IMG/VR virus record: IMGVR_UViG_2917865565_000002
Coordinates: 1 to 22,178 of that record
Source of the DNA: a virus
Lineage: Duplodnaviria; Heunggongvirae; Uroviricota; Caudoviricetes
Strand: one strand, 5' to 3'
DNA length: 22,178 nt
In this document: positions 1 through 10,366 of the stretch, piece after piece
How the letters are laid out: each line of letters begins with the position of its first letter
How positions within the stretch are numbered: position 1 is the stretch's first letter
The notes under the pieces: generated by a model
What the model was told of the DNA's origin: nothing
Database searches by the model: none
What the model saw: the letters and a program-made list of their open reading frames with translations, nothing else
Program-made: the position numbers and the translations under genes

Positions 1-2946
1 TTAGTGCTTCCCTTCTATTAAGTCTAACCTAGCTTTTATTCTTTCTATTTCTCTGCGCTGCCATGCTGCCTCGATATAGAATAAGAGATCAGGTCTGCCC
101 CCCCATCTAGATCCTGCTGGCGTTATTTCAACGCGCTCAATGATGTCTTCCATTACCATCACTAGATTATCATCCTCATCAACAATGATGCTCCCGTCAT
201 TATCAGTCAGCGGCATTTCCCTTTGGCCAGTAATGACGTCATCATATACTGCGGGATAATCGTCATAACAAAGAAAGGCATAGCGGCATGTTGTGCTTTC
301 TTCTTCCATGAGTCCGTGAGAAATAAGAACATCACGAAGTTGCTGCGCGATTACACCATGATGTATCCTCGCCCCTTCTTCCCCCTTTATAGCGACAGCG
401 TTCAGCCATTTATAAGCGATATACCTGACGTCACCCCAGGCATCCAGCAATGCTTCATCAGGAGAGACCGGCTCTGTCTTTAATGTTCCGTCACTGGTAA
501 CTACAGGGTTGGAGCCAAGATAAACTGTCGAGAACCTGTTTCCCGGACCACCAAGAGCATTTACATTATCAAGATAAGGTTTAACATCTCCGTTCTCAAA
601 AAGATGTTCGAGTGCGTTATATACCGCGCGACGTGGAGTACTGCTTCCGGAACCATGCAACGTTATCATTGCACCATCTGCTGAAGACGTTGTTTCACCG
701 CCGCTAACGATTAATCTCTGAGCGGTAACATCATCAGACGGTACTTTCTTCGCAATAATGGCGTAATTACCCTCAAGTTTGACTTCCGCGCGAACTTGTC
801 CTGATGTACCTGCATGGACAGTCAGTGACTGGACGGCAACATCATCTGTGAAATCAACGGGTACAGGGACCGTCCTCACGCCTGACGTCGACATAAAAGT
901 AGGAAGCGTTCTGTTAGGAGTGGCTCCGTAGACAAAATCCCTTGAAACAAATTCTTCCTGTTTAATTTTCACCCTGAAACAATACAAATCAGCCGGGTGA
1001 CCATCGTGAACATAAGGATATTTTCTGTTGTTATCCCCTATGCTCCATGGGTTTAGAAAGTCTTCCCCACCGAAAATGTAGTACAGCCAGTTGTCTTTGA
1101 TACAAACTGAACCAACACCAACCGCAGAGTTAACTATTCCGCCCTGATAAATCTGATCAGTAACATTAACCCACTCTACATTATCCAGACTCCACTCATT
1201 GACGTTAACTCTGGTCATAAATGTTCTTGGATAATTTCCTGCATAACGGTTATCAGGTTCTCCTCCTTCCCACTCACCAAATGCGCGCTCACTGCCAAAA
1301 ATAATCAGCTCATCGCCAACTTTGGCAAAAGGAAGGTTTGAGTGATGAACATTATTTGGGAAGCGAAGAGAATTCCATGATGCACCTAAATCAGAGCTTC
1401 TGTGTAATGAACTACCGGGTTGAGTACTTAATGTTCCCCTGGTCGTCAGATACAGAATGCCATCATAATATTTTACACATGGCTCAGATGCATTCGCCTC
1501 ATATTCTGCAGGTATGCGTCTGCGAACAAAGCTACCAGGAGAACCGAAAGCATCAGAGAAATAGAGTATCCCAAGCTCGCGTGGCCCAATATCACCATTA
1601 TGGTAGCCAACAGCAAAACTGTTATCGCTAATCGTCGCAAAACTGTGAATCTCAGTAACAGGAGTGCTTCCGTCAACAAAAGAAGGAATAGTTCCAAGAC
1701 GGGTTTTTCTCCATGGTGACGAGTGAAATGATGTACCAAAACTCCAGTATCTACCCTCGTTATTCTGATCCACATCCTGGGTATTTTGCGTCGTAACTGT
1801 AAAAGTATTTTTATCAATAACAGTAGTCACCGTCATATTCCCGGTAACACCTGTAACACCTGAGTTTGAGAAGTTGACAAAATCACCAGCAAATAATCCG
1901 TGATCAGTAATGCGAATATAAGCGACTTGCTGATTTGCTGCTTTCGTTATACCACCATAAACGCGAAGGCTGCGACTCATTGGGCGATCCCACAACTCTG
2001 CAACCTGCAGTTGATTTCCGCTCACGGTCCGCGTCTCAATTACAGCAAAAAGGCGATTTCTGACAACCCCCATACTCATGCAGTGATAGTTAACTGTGGG
2101 ATAGTTTTCATGTAAATCTGTAAGCCATTCCGGCGTTGTCCAGGTCTTCCCGTCATCTCCTGAGCGAACCCATGCAACATGGAGGTTATTTACACCATGG
2201 CGGTCTCCAGCCATAAAAGGCGCATAGATGACATTGTCATATACAAACGTCTTATCCTGCGTCCAGGCGTTGTACCACGGTGTATCTGTAATTTTAAACA
2301 ACTCTCCCTGGATAAAATCTTCAGAAGCATAAAAAAGAGGCTGACCCGGTATTCTCTCAAATAAAAAACGAGCATTTTTAAATCGACTGACATCCGGAAG
2401 AGTTGACACTTTAAAAGTAAGCCCTCGCCCATCTATCTTTTCACCACCTGTTGCAACAGAAAGTAATTCTGATAGAGCTGATGTGTCATCATGAACACCA
2501 TCACCAATAGCCCCCCAACCTCTTAGATCATAACTGTCTCTCCATCTTGCTATCTGAAGTTTTGGGTATTTATTCGCTCCATCTGGGTCTTCTAATTGCT
2601 GCCGTAGCTGATCAGGATCATACTTCAGCACATTAGGAAAATAGAACTGCTGTGCACCATACGCGTCATAAACAGCCATAGAATGGCCTTGCACAGTTAC
2701 GAATTTGGCAATCTTCCCGTTATATACTGGGAATCCTGCTGCGTTAATAACAATTGGCTGTGCTACCTGAACATGTTTACCATCTTCTCGTTCCAGATAT
2801 ACAGGGATCTGGTTTTCAGGATTTACAGGGTCAGTGTCAATTTTGCCGATATAAATTTTGCCATTGGCTACGGCTTTAAAAGAACGCGCCATAGTGAAGA
2901 GTTGCGAAGGCATACTCACTACAACATTGGCTGTAATGTCTGTCAT
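1..2946 (-). CDS. Tailspike protein: P22-type head-binding N-terminal domain fused to an endosialidase-like (endo-N-acetylneuraminidase) body with a C-terminal intramolecular-chaperone-like domain
   Basis: 981 aa. The first ~110 aa ([11 protein letters not shown]...KYDPDQ) closely resemble the P22 gp9 head-binding domain as I recall it. Two Asp-box motifs are visible ([17 protein letters not shown]). The central region resembles K1-phage endosialidase as I recall it (e.g. GWGAxGDGVxDDT, [20 protein letters not shown]). The C-terminal ~150 aa ([10 protein letters not shown]...[10 protein letters not shown]...) resembles the autocleaving chaperone domain of endosialidases and tail fibres. RBS GGAG lies upstream of the ATG at 2946. 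Confidence 0.85.
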   Translation of the reverse strand: MTDITANVVVSMPSQLFTMARSFKAVANGKIYIGKIDTDPVNPENQIPVYLEREDGKHVQVAQPIVINAAGFPVYNGKIAKFVTVQGHSMAVYDAYGAQQFYFPNVLKYDPDQLRQQLEDPDGANKYPKLQIARWRDSYDLRGWGAIGDGVHDDTSALSELLSVATGGEKIDGRGLTFKVSTLPDVSRFKNARFLFERIPGQPLFYASEDFIQGELFKITDTPWYNAWTQDKTFVYDNVIYAPFMAGDRHGVNNLHVAWVRSGDDGKTWTTPEWLTDLHENYPTVNYHCMSMGVVRNRLFAVIETRTVSGNQLQVAELWDRPMSRSLRVYGGITKAANQQVAYIRITDHGLFAGDFVNFSNSGVTGVTGNMTVTTVIDKNTFTVTTQNTQDVDQNNEGRYWSFGTSFHSSPWRKTRLGTIPSFVDGSTPVTEIHSFATISDNSFAVGYHNGDIGPRELGILYFSDAFGSPGSFVRRRIPAEYEANASEPCVKYYDGILYLTTRGTLSTQPGSSLHRSSDLGASWNSLRFPNNVHHSNLPFAKVGDELIIFGSERAFGEWEGGEPDNRYAGNYPRTFMTRVNVNEWSLDNVEWVNVTDQIYQGGIVNSAVGVGSVCIKDNWLYYIFGGEDFLNPWSIGDNNRKYPYVHDGHPADLYCFRVKIKQEEFVSRDFVYGATPNRTLPTFMSTSGVRTVPVPVDFTDDVAVQSLTVHAGTSGQVRAEVKLEGNYAIIAKKVPSDDVTAQRLIVSGGETTSSADGAMITLHGSGSSTPRRAVYNALEHLFENGDVKPYLDNVNALGGPGNRFSTVYLGSNPVVTSDGTLKTEPVSPDEALLDAWGDVRYIAYKWLNAVAIKGEEGARIHHGVIAQQLRDVLISHGLMEEESTTCRYAFLCYDDYPAVYDDVITGQREMPLTDNDGSIIVDEDDNLVMVMEDIIERVEITPAGSRWGGRPDLLFYIEAAWQRREIERIKARLDLIEGKH

Positions 2947-3110
2947 TTAATTTTCTCCAGACGTAGCAATGCGGAACAAGATGCAACTTGCCCGGCATTG
3001 CATTAATGTCAGTTATGATTTGTTAACTATGAGATGAGTCTATGCAAAAAGATCTGTTGAATATTGCGTTCTATATATTTGGTTTTTGCACATTCCTGGT
3101 GTTTGCAAAG

Positions 3111-5108
3111 CTATTCTGACAACGAATCAGACTTCGCACCCTGCGTCAGGGCGTTAATTGCCTTTTGTGCCTGCTGCATGGCTTTCTCAAACGCTGTTGA
3201 TCCGCGTGGGGTGTTTGCCATTCGGAGCATTGCATTTCTGAATGGCTCGCTCTCATAGGCGCGAGTAAGAAGTCCGTAGCTTACTGCTGCGCCAGTTGTC
3301 GCCGGGTTCATTGCCGTCCCATATCCAATAATGAACGGGATGGTTTGCTGCCCTGTGGGTGTTGTTACTGCCGCTTTTGCTGCCTGCTGAGTGGACTGAA
3401 GGTAGTTTTTCAATCCTTTCAGATAAGCAGCGTCCTGACCCTTAAATGTGATGCCAGTCTGGTTTTGCAGGATGTTAAGCTGTCGAAGGAACTGGTCAGG
3501 GGAACCGCCTGATTTCTCCATTGCCTTGGCAATGATGCCATTGCGCATTTGCGCCCTGCCAACACGACCAACTGAGTTATACAGCGTCTTAATTTCCGAT
3601 TTGTTCTTGCTGAATAGCATGTTGTTGACAACTTCCGGCGTCAGGTCGCCTTTCATGAGAACATTCTTCAGCCTGGTATTCTTTAGTTTCGCCGCTTCGT
3701 CAGCGTAGACGGCATTGGCCTGCTGATATTTACGGAGAGTATCGTTGCCAAGATTCTGACCAATGGCACCATTGATATCGTCAGTCATAGCCTTGTAAAC
3801 GCGCTGAATGGCGGCATCGGAACGGTTTGGTAACACAGGTCGCTCACCCTTCACGTCCATTCTGAACTGGCTGCGCAGATCGCTTAATTGCTTCAAATCA
3901 AGATTAACCGGACCATCAGGGCCGGCATTGCGAACAAGCTCATCACGATATGACTGAAGTTTTGAAATCGTCTCGTTATCAGCGACCTTACCAAGTTTCT
4001 GCAGGTTAGATATCTCAGTATCAATCTGCTGAATTGCTCGTACAGGATGAATGTTTACTCCTGCCATAGCATTCTGAACCTGTTCAAGTCGATTGCCTGC
4101 GGCACGACGAATTCCTGATGTTTTCGCTTTGAGGCTGTCAATAACAACCGATGGCTCATACTCACCGAATTTATCAGCAAATCTCTGAACCAACTGGCTT
4201 CTCGCTTCCTGTTGCGTTGCTCTCATTCCGCTTGTGCCAGCCAGAGGGATATTTTCTGCTGTAGTCTGCGCCATTTTTCCGACGCGGGAAGTAGGTTGTA
4301 ACAGGTCCGTGGTGTGCAGAGGCACTCCTTCACGCTCTGCAAATCTGATAGCCTGCAGTGCTTCTGGCGCAATAGCACCTCGAACGCCACGATAAGCAGC
4401 ACCTAATCCACGTCCGGCAGCGTTAATAGCTCCGCCAGCCAGAACGCCAACGCCTAAGTCGGTGGCTAGTGCTTCCGCATCATCTTTCGCACTATTTGCA
4501 GCAAGTGATCCAACTGCGTTTTCTGCTAGAAGGCGAGTTGCCCCCTGAGCAATTCGACCAGCAAGTGTTGGTGCCTGTGTTGCCGCTCTCTCAACGCCGG
4601 CAGGAGTGAGGTACGGCAATGCTTCAGCAAATACCCTGCCCTCTGTCGTTTGTGGAGTCAGCGCACCTTGCTGAAGGCCAAAGTCCTGCTCTAATCCCTG
4701 CGTTGTTACTCGTGGCGCTGGTTGATATGTTCCATCACCAATGCCGAGTTTACCGCCAGCCCATGCCGCCGCGCTTGTTACAGCATCGGCAACTGATGCA
4801 GGTATGTTTGCCACGTTCACGCCAGCCTGCACCAGTCCGCGACCAGTCTCTTTTACTGCTTCGCCAAGATCAGACATAAATCCACTTTGCTGTGGTTGTT
4901 GCTGTGCTACTGGTTGCTGTGTCTCCACTGACTGCACAGATGGCAATGGATAGGCAGCATAGAAAGCTTGCTTAGCCTGCTCTGCATTTTCTCCGGCTTG
5001 CGGGGCCACGACTTCATTGAAGTATTGCTCCTGAGCCTGCGCTTTTTGTTCTGGTGCTAACGCCTGATACTGTGGAGAGGCGATAACATCTTTCCATGCT
5101 TTAGCCAT
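3111..5108 (-). CDS. Ejection (DNA-transfer) protein, P22 gp16-like
   Basis: 665 aa, last of three consecutive ejection-protein-sized ORFs directly upstream of the tailspike, as in P22/Sf6 gene order. Ala/Gln/Gly-rich low-complexity segments. Start overlaps the stop of the upstream gene by 1 nt. Confidence 0.75.
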   Translation of the reverse strand: MAKAWKDVIASPQYQALAPEQKAQAQEQYFNEVVAPQAGENAEQAKQAFYAAYPLPSVQSVETQQPVAQQQPQQSGFMSDLGEAVKETGRGLVQAGVNVANIPASVADAVTSAAAWAGGKLGIGDGTYQPAPRVTTQGLEQDFGLQQGALTPQTTEGRVFAEALPYLTPAGVERAATQAPTLAGRIAQGATRLLAENAVGSLAANSAKDDAEALATDLGVGVLAGGAINAAGRGLGAAYRGVRGAIAPEALQAIRFAEREGVPLHTTDLLQPTSRVGKMAQTTAENIPLAGTSGMRATQQEARSQLVQRFADKFGEYEPSVVIDSLKAKTSGIRRAAGNRLEQVQNAMAGVNIHPVRAIQQIDTEISNLQKLGKVADNETISKLQSYRDELVRNAGPDGPVNLDLKQLSDLRSQFRMDVKGERPVLPNRSDAAIQRVYKAMTDDINGAIGQNLGNDTLRKYQQANAVYADEAAKLKNTRLKNVLMKGDLTPEVVNNMLFSKNKSEIKTLYNSVGRVGRAQMRNGIIAKAMEKSGGSPDQFLRQLNILQNQTGITFKGQDAAYLKGLKNYLQSTQQAAKAAVTTPTGQQTIPFIIGYGTAMNPATTGAAVSYGLLTRAYESEPFRNAMLRMANTPRGSTAFEKAMQQAQKAINALTQGAKSDSLSE

Positions 5109-6403
5109 TAATCACCCCATAGTGAAGAAAAGTTACTGCCAGTAGGAGATTGTTGTCCTGGCGTATTCTGCACCGGCTCCTGGTAATCAAACTGTTTTTT
5201 AACAGTGCTCAACTTGCTTTCAAGCTGATTTCGAATCTTTCCGATAGAGTCACGAAAAGCCTTTTCACTCATTTTGGGACTTAGAGCACCAACCGCATCG
5301 GATAATTTTTTACCCTCAGCATCTGAAAGAGCCCCCATCCCCTTCAGGGACTGCACCATAGGGAGGAAAGTTTGAGCTTTAAAGGTGTCGAGTCTTGCTT
5401 CAAAGTTAGCCGCATCAGATCCAGGAACTGTCGGAAACGCTGAGCGAATACCAACTGCTTTTGAAAGTCCAGGGCTTTGCTCTATCTCGTTGAGAGAATC
5501 AAGCGCAGTGCTGAACGTATCAACAGCGCCCTGAGCGGCGGCCTGCCTGTCAGCACGAGCTATTTCAGCCTTTTGCCGAACATCTGCCTGTTTCTGCTTT
5601 AGCTCTTCAAGCTTTAACTGATTGCTTTCTCTGGCTATCTGTCTGTCCAGAGCCTTTTCTTGTAATTCTGCTCTTTGTATTTCGCGGGAAAGAGCAGCAT
5701 TCTGTGCGCTGATGTTCTGGCCACGTATCTGGATGTCCTGACCTCGTGCTGTTAGTGCCTCGCCAGCCTGATTGCTGCGGATTGTCTCTGTCAGCCTACC
5801 TCGGTCAATCTCACGACCAGCCATCTTGTCCTGAACATTGAAGTAATCAATCGGACCAAGAGCAGCCATCCCAAGGTGATCAACAAACTCACCAAATCCT
5901 GAAGGATTCTGCTGATACATCTGAGCAACGTTATTAGGGTCAACACCGACGCGAGTCAGTTCCTTGGCGTTGTTTTGCAGCCATGATTGCATTGCTTCTG
6001 GAGACGATGCTGCAAGACGAGCGCCAGCCGCTAAGGTGCCGATAGAATTGCGCTGGTCTTCATCAATGAATCCCATGCCTTTACGAACAGATTCAATCTG
6101 GTCTGGATATTGAGTAGACAACTGACGCAAAGCACCGCGATCACCAGACGCATAAGCATTAGCGTACGCCTGCTGAAATTCTTTCTGCCGCTGAGCCTGC
6201 TTTTCCTGCTGAAAAACACCAGCAATACCAGAAAGACCTTGCAAAGCAGTCAGCCCAACATTGTTAGCGCCTGAACGCTCAATATCATTGTTCTGCCTGA
6301 TAAGCTGAAGCGTATTGCCGATGTCATTTACGCTAGGAGCGTTTGAGTTGACACCACCGATACCAGCCAACAATCCGCCGTTTGTTCCTTGCCAAGTAGC
6401 CAT
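5108..6403 (-). CDS. Ejection protein, P22 gp20-like
   Basis: 431 aa. Position between gp7-like and gp16-like ORFs. Central charged coiled-coil-like region (e.g. REIQRAELQEKALDRQIARESNQLKLEELKQKQADVRQKAEIARADRQ). Confidence 0.75.
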   Translation of the reverse strand: MATWQGTNGGLLAGIGGVNSNAPSVNDIGNTLQLIRQNNDIERSGANNVGLTALQGLSGIAGVFQQEKQAQRQKEFQQAYANAYASGDRGALRQLSTQYPDQIESVRKGMGFIDEDQRNSIGTLAAGARLAASSPEAMQSWLQNNAKELTRVGVDPNNVAQMYQQNPSGFGEFVDHLGMAALGPIDYFNVQDKMAGREIDRGRLTETIRSNQAGEALTARGQDIQIRGQNISAQNAALSREIQRAELQEKALDRQIARESNQLKLEELKQKQADVRQKAEIARADRQAAAQGAVDTFSTALDSLNEIEQSPGLSKAVGIRSAFPTVPGSDAANFEARLDTFKAQTFLPMVQSLKGMGALSDAEGKKLSDAVGALSPKMSEKAFRDSIGKIRNQLESKLSTVKKQFDYQEPVQNTPGQQSPTGSNFSSLWGD

Positions 6404-6412
6404 GATTACCCC

Positions 6413-7108
6413 TTAAAACAACGAGCCAAGCAGGCCAAGTCCGCCACCGATTGCGGCGCCTAATCCAGTACCAAGACCGGGAACAATAGAACCAAGAGCG
6501 GCACCAGTCATAGCTCCTGAAGCTCCGCCGCTAATTGCTGTCTGAAGACCTGATGGTTTATTGGCATTAGCAGCGGCAAGTGCTGCGCTTTGCTGTGCAA
6601 TGCTGCTCATGTTGTTGGCGTATGTCTGCCCAGCGTTTGCCTGACCTTGCAACGCACCAAGGCCAATGTTTGCCAGATTGTTGTAGTTGCTCATCTGGTT
6701 TGATAACCACGACTGACCTAGAGTCGGGGCAATCGTGGCCAGTTGATTGCTTGTGGCTGTCGAGCCAAGTCCCCCCGTCGCCTCCGCAGCAGCAAGACTC
6801 TGGTAACGCGCCTGACCTGCAAGGTCTTTATACTGCTGAGAATTGTAATACTGATTAAGTGCCTGCCCCTGACCTTCTAAACTGGAAAGATTCTGAAGCT
6901 GGTTAACATACTGCTCCGCAAGCGGCGTGAACGGAGCAAGGTTTTTCATGATCGTCTGCCACTGCTGATTTTGCAGGTCTGCGGCATACTTCTGGGCTTC
7001 TGCTGCATACTTTGCGCTTTTATCAGAACTGCCACCTTTCCCGCCTTTTTCAGGGCAATAAGGTTCCTCGCTGCGCAGTTTTCTGCCCAGCTTAAATGCA
7101 TATAACAT
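6413..7108 (-). CDS. Ejection protein, P22 gp7-like
   Basis: 231 aa. N-terminus MLYAFKLGRKLRSEEPYCPEKGGKGGSSDKSAKYAAEAQKYAA matches my recollection of P22 gp7. Gly-rich hydrophobic C-terminus. Confidence 0.8.
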   Translation of the reverse strand: MLYAFKLGRKLRSEEPYCPEKGGKGGSSDKSAKYAAEAQKYAADLQNQQWQTIMKNLAPFTPLAEQYVNQLQNLSSLEGQGQALNQYYNSQQYKDLAGQARYQSLAAAEATGGLGSTATSNQLATIAPTLGQSWLSNQMSNYNNLANIGLGALQGQANAGQTYANNMSSIAQQSAALAAANANKPSGLQTAISGGASGAMTGAALGSIVPGLGTGLGAAIGGGLGLLGSLF

Positions 7109-7110
7109 GG

Positions 7111-7566
7111 CTATCTCCCGTGATTCAGGAAGTCGATTAGTTCTTCGCGTGTGGCGCTGTAAAACGTCACGTCATCCACGCCTTTGAAGTATTTCTTGAT
7201 GGTTCCTACACGCTTAAGGCCAATCATTGCGCAGTACATCTGACCGTGGCGGAATTTGCGCGCAGCGAACGATGTGACGCACTGAACGGCGGTGTTAGTC
7301 AGAATGTATCGCCAGAACGCCAGCCCTATTTCCTTGCTGAATCCGCGAATCTCTGGCAGGTACATGGCGTGGCAATCAAAGGTCAGCGGCTGAATCTCCT
7401 GATAGTAAACAATTCCGCCGAACTGCCCGTGCACGTTCACCTCAAAGTAACGGCATTCAGGTTTGTAGTCGTATCCATCACCGTTGTTGCTTCCGGCAAT
7501 AATGTCAGGGTGATTTCCGACTGCTTCTATCAGGTCGATGTTTCGCGTTGGTTTGAATGTAATCAT
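7111..7566 (-). CDS. gp14-like protein (P22 gene 14 position; Sf6 gp10 equivalent)
   Basis: 151 aa ORF between the tail needle and gp7-like genes. ATG overlaps the upstream stop (ATGA). Assignment is by synteny only. Confidence 0.5.
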   Translation of the reverse strand: MITFKPTRNIDLIEAVGNHPDIIAGSNNGDGYDYKPECRYFEVNVHGQFGGIVYYQEIQPLTFDCHAMYLPEIRGFSKEIGLAFWRYILTNTAVQCVTSFAARKFRHGQMYCAMIGLKRVGTIKKYFKGVDDVTFYSATREELIDFLNHGR

Positions 7567-8267
7567 CAGTCAATCAGCCCATGTAATCTAAGTGCTGTTT
7601 CAAGCGCCAGAATACGCTGCCGCGACTGCTGCAAACCTGTAGCGAGAGCCGCGACTTCGGATTGTGTGTACGTAGTGCCGACCGTGTATGACTGGTTAGC
7701 GTTGAATGAGCCAAGAAGAGGTGTACCTGTGGCTGCAGTCCATCCGGTATTTCTTGCTCCAACAACCTGAATTCCATCAACTGAATATGATGTTTTTACA
7801 TCCAGCGGTGACGCAAGAGACTGCGATTCGGTTACGGTTTTCGATACGTAATCACTCTTAATGTCAGATACATCGCTTTCTACGTCATCCAGTCTTTGGT
7901 CAACAGTGACCAGATGCGCCTGAATATCGATAACCTCATCCAGCAAGTAATCAACATCGCTACGCAGTACGACTATCTTCCCTTCGGCAGTTGTTAACCT
8001 GACCTCAAGGAGATTTATCGCTTTTGTGTTTGCGGTGATTCTTGAATCGTGATCTGCCAGTTCGACGTCCTGTTCATCGTTTTTCACCTGAGCATCGTAA
8101 GCGCCCTGACCAGCCTGATTTGCCTTCCCGGCAATTGCGCCGACATCAGCCCCCTGATTAATGACATACAGCAGGTAAGACTGGCTGAATATATTGCGTG
8201 GAAGGATTGATGTATCGAGTCGTGTAGCCTGAATTGTTACCGGCTCATTGAGATTCGAATCAGCCAT
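7566..8267 (-). CDS. Tail needle protein, P22 gp26-like
   Basis: 233 aa. N-terminus [73 protein letters not shown] is near-identical to P22 gp26 as I recall it. Coiled-coil heptads follow. Confidence 0.85.
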   Translation of the reverse strand: MADSNLNEPVTIQATRLDTSILPRNIFSQSYLLYVINQGADVGAIAGKANQAGQGAYDAQVKNDEQDVELADHDSRITANTKAINLLEVRLTTAEGKIVVLRSDVDYLLDEVIDIQAHLVTVDQRLDDVESDVSDIKSDYVSKTVTESQSLASPLDVKTSYSVDGIQVVGARNTGWTAATGTPLLGSFNANQSYTVGTTYTQSEVAALATGLQQSRQRILALETALRLHGLID

Positions 8268-9685
8268 TACTCAATCCTTATCTGGCAACCAGACAGAGTG
8301 ACAGGTGACTTCGTGATAACGCGCAATTTGAAGCCGACATTTTTCCTGATGCGCCCTACTCGCTTCCACAAAACACGCTTGTCGTAAACGAACGGTTCAT
8401 TCTGCTCAATCATCTGCTCACGGCCGTAATTGATGCCGTCAGTGGTTGCAGAGAGAAAAAGGCGGTCAGCATACTGCGCAACTCCAGTTGACGATTCAAC
8501 TTCAAGGTCGAAAACTCTGGCGTTATCCGCTTTGAACAACGGAGTAAACAGCAGGTGTTCCTGCTGCTTGTCGTACTGGCTGCTGATATCGAACTGCAAT
8601 TTCCCGGTCACGGATTCCAGCTTATCGCCGCACGTTATCTGATTGCCTTCGTAAATGAAGTCGATAGCGCGGTACACATCGTCATACAAGCCAGTTTTCA
8701 ACACACACCATTGCGGACCATTGGCGCTTGAAGATGCGTCGTACACGAGAACATGGCGCGGAAGGTGGATAATCAGCAACTCATGAGCATCAAATCGCAG
8801 CGATTCCATCACACCATCAGCCAGTTCATCAGCAGTGTAGGAGCGGAGGATTTTCTCAATGCTCGCGCTGGCGATTGGTGACACCTGACCGGATCCGATG
8901 ATGTACACAGACGGCGCACCTGTTGCAGGATTGCTGATGAACGCATAAGAATCAGCAAACGGCGTTTTGCAGTAGGTTCCGGCTATTCCTTTTTGCACCA
9001 TCAGCGATGGCTGTGCGACATACAAAGCGGCACCAACAGTGGTTGCGCCAGTCAGGGAGAAATATTCAATCGTCGATGAACCAAAGCAGACGATGAAGTC
9101 TCGCCATGTTGCGATGCCGATGATTCCGTCAGGCTGAGACTCGGCACGATATTGTGCACTGTAGCGGTCAGGATGCGATTCATCTTCAAGGTCAGTGATA
9201 AACCATGAATCAGTACCGTCTTTTGACCACGCATAACGCCCACGTAAGCGCGTAATATCGCGGACTGAGCCTAACTCATACTGCGTGAATCCGCTGTCTG
9301 TAGGCCAGTTTGAGACGGTTTTAACCGTACCATCATAGCGATACTCGACCAGTTGACCATTAACGCCTACCGCCTGAGATGTTCGACCATGCGCCATTGA
9401 TACGCGACCACTTCCGGCAACATCACCGACCTCGCTTTCTCCTTTGTACAGCTTGCCACCACATACGCGATAAACAGCATTCTGCGCCATGTTGTACTCG
9501 ACTCCGCGAGATGCACCGTTCACATCAGAACGTTTGGCAATGCCCGGGAATGAGCGAAGATATCCGCTGCTGTTAAGGATTTCTTTGGGTGTAGCCAACA
9601 TATTCACTGGCAGATAGTCGATATAGTCGGCGTTTCGAAAGTCTTTGCCGACACCTTTCATAAGCGGAAGTTGCTGAATCGGCAT
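8267..9685 (-). CDS. Tail accessory/hub protein, P22 gp10-like
   Basis: 472 aa, the same length as P22 gp10. Lies between gp4-like and the tail needle. Translationally coupled to neighbours. Confidence 0.8.
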   Translation of the reverse strand: MPIQQLPLMKGVGKDFRNADYIDYLPVNMLATPKEILNSSGYLRSFPGIAKRSDVNGASRGVEYNMAQNAVYRVCGGKLYKGESEVGDVAGSGRVSMAHGRTSQAVGVNGQLVEYRYDGTVKTVSNWPTDSGFTQYELGSVRDITRLRGRYAWSKDGTDSWFITDLEDESHPDRYSAQYRAESQPDGIIGIATWRDFIVCFGSSTIEYFSLTGATTVGAALYVAQPSLMVQKGIAGTYCKTPFADSYAFISNPATGAPSVYIIGSGQVSPIASASIEKILRSYTADELADGVMESLRFDAHELLIIHLPRHVLVYDASSSANGPQWCVLKTGLYDDVYRAIDFIYEGNQITCGDKLESVTGKLQFDISSQYDKQQEHLLFTPLFKADNARVFDLEVESSTGVAQYADRLFLSATTDGINYGREQMIEQNEPFVYDKRVLWKRVGRIRKNVGFKLRVITKSPVTLSGCQIRIE

Positions 9686-9694
9686 TTATTCACC

Positions 9695-10156
9695 TCACGT
9701 ACTCGAATCATCTTTCTCGATGTAAAACCGATTCCACGTAAACGCGCTTTTGTTACCACTACCGCGAGGCATGTCATTTCGTCGCTCAAGTGGTGGTATT
9801 TTGGTTAAAGCGATACAGATTGTCTGATATGCACTGTCAGCAGCGGTCAGGAGAGCATCCGACGGCTGAATGACGTTATCCATGCACACCTGCACAGCGA
9901 GCTTCAAAGCGACGCCATCATTTGCCCATGCAGGGATACCTGAATCATCGTCAGGTAACGGCATGATGCCGTTTTCTGTATCAGCAAACTGATATCCAAG
10001 CTCGATACCTTTCGCCTGCCATGCTGCCATCATGTCTTCGAGGTCATTAATGGCATCTTCAATTGCCTGAGGGTCGGCATCTGTCAACGTGGCATTGGAA
10101 TACAGCCCGGCTTTTCGTAAAGCCTTAAGAACGAGATCACCCTTCGTTTTCGCCAT
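9695..10156 (-). CDS. Head-to-tail adaptor, P22 gp4-like
   Basis: 153 aa. N-terminus MAKTKGDLVLKALRKAGLYSNATLTDADPQAIEDAINDLEDMMAAWQ resembles P22 gp4. Position downstream of coat. Confidence 0.8.
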   Translation of the reverse strand: MAKTKGDLVLKALRKAGLYSNATLTDADPQAIEDAINDLEDMMAAWQAKGIELGYQFADTENGIMPLPDDDSGIPAWANDGVALKLAVQVCMDNVIQPSDALLTAADSAYQTICIALTKIPPLERRNDMPRGSGNKSAFTWNRFYIEKDDSST

Positions 10157-10325
10157 CTTCTTCCGCCTTAGCCACTTTTTGCTTCGTTGCGGTTTCTTCA
10201 GGAGTTTTTACCCAGCCTTTTTTCAGGTGAGATTTAACTTCTTCGTCATCAACAATGATGTAATCGACAGCAAACTGACCACAGGTGATCATGTTGCCCG
10301 GCTTATAGAGCATTGTTCGTGCCAT
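10137..10325 (-). CDS. Small hypothetical protein between coat and gp4-like genes (Sf6 gp6 position)
   Basis: 62 aa from ATG at 10325 (MARTMLYKPGNMITCGQFAVDYIIVDDEEV...), preceded by GGGAGAAG. The ORF-track start at 10364 is a TTG inside the upstream hairpin and seems less likely. C-terminus acidic/Lys-rich. Confidence 0.45.
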   Translation of the reverse strand: MARTMLYKPGNMITCGQFAVDYIIVDDEEVKSHLKKGWVKTPEETATKQKVAKAEEDGENEG

Positions 10326-10336
10326 TGTCTTCTCCC

Positions 10337-10359
10337 AATAAAAATGGGGCCGAAGCCCC
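10337..10359 (-). terminator. Candidate intrinsic terminator/attenuator immediately downstream of the coat gene
   Basis: Minus strand reads GGGGC-UUCG-GCCCC (5-bp GC stem, UUCG tetraloop) followed by AUUUUUAUU. Lies between coat stop (10367) and the small ORF start. Confidence 0.5.
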
Positions 10360-10366
10360 ACCAAAA

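Noticed and set aside
223-483. Plus-strand ORFs inside the tailspike region (223..483, 1338..1631, 1900..2115, 2179..2364, 2683..3006)
   Set aside because: All are antisense to the continuous 981-aa tailspike frame, whose translation carries recognisable domains throughout.
7246-7770. 174-aa plus-strand ORF
   Set aside because: Antisense to the gp14-like and tail needle genes. No recognisable motifs. The neighbouring minus-strand genes are translationally coupled, leaving no room for an opposing gene.
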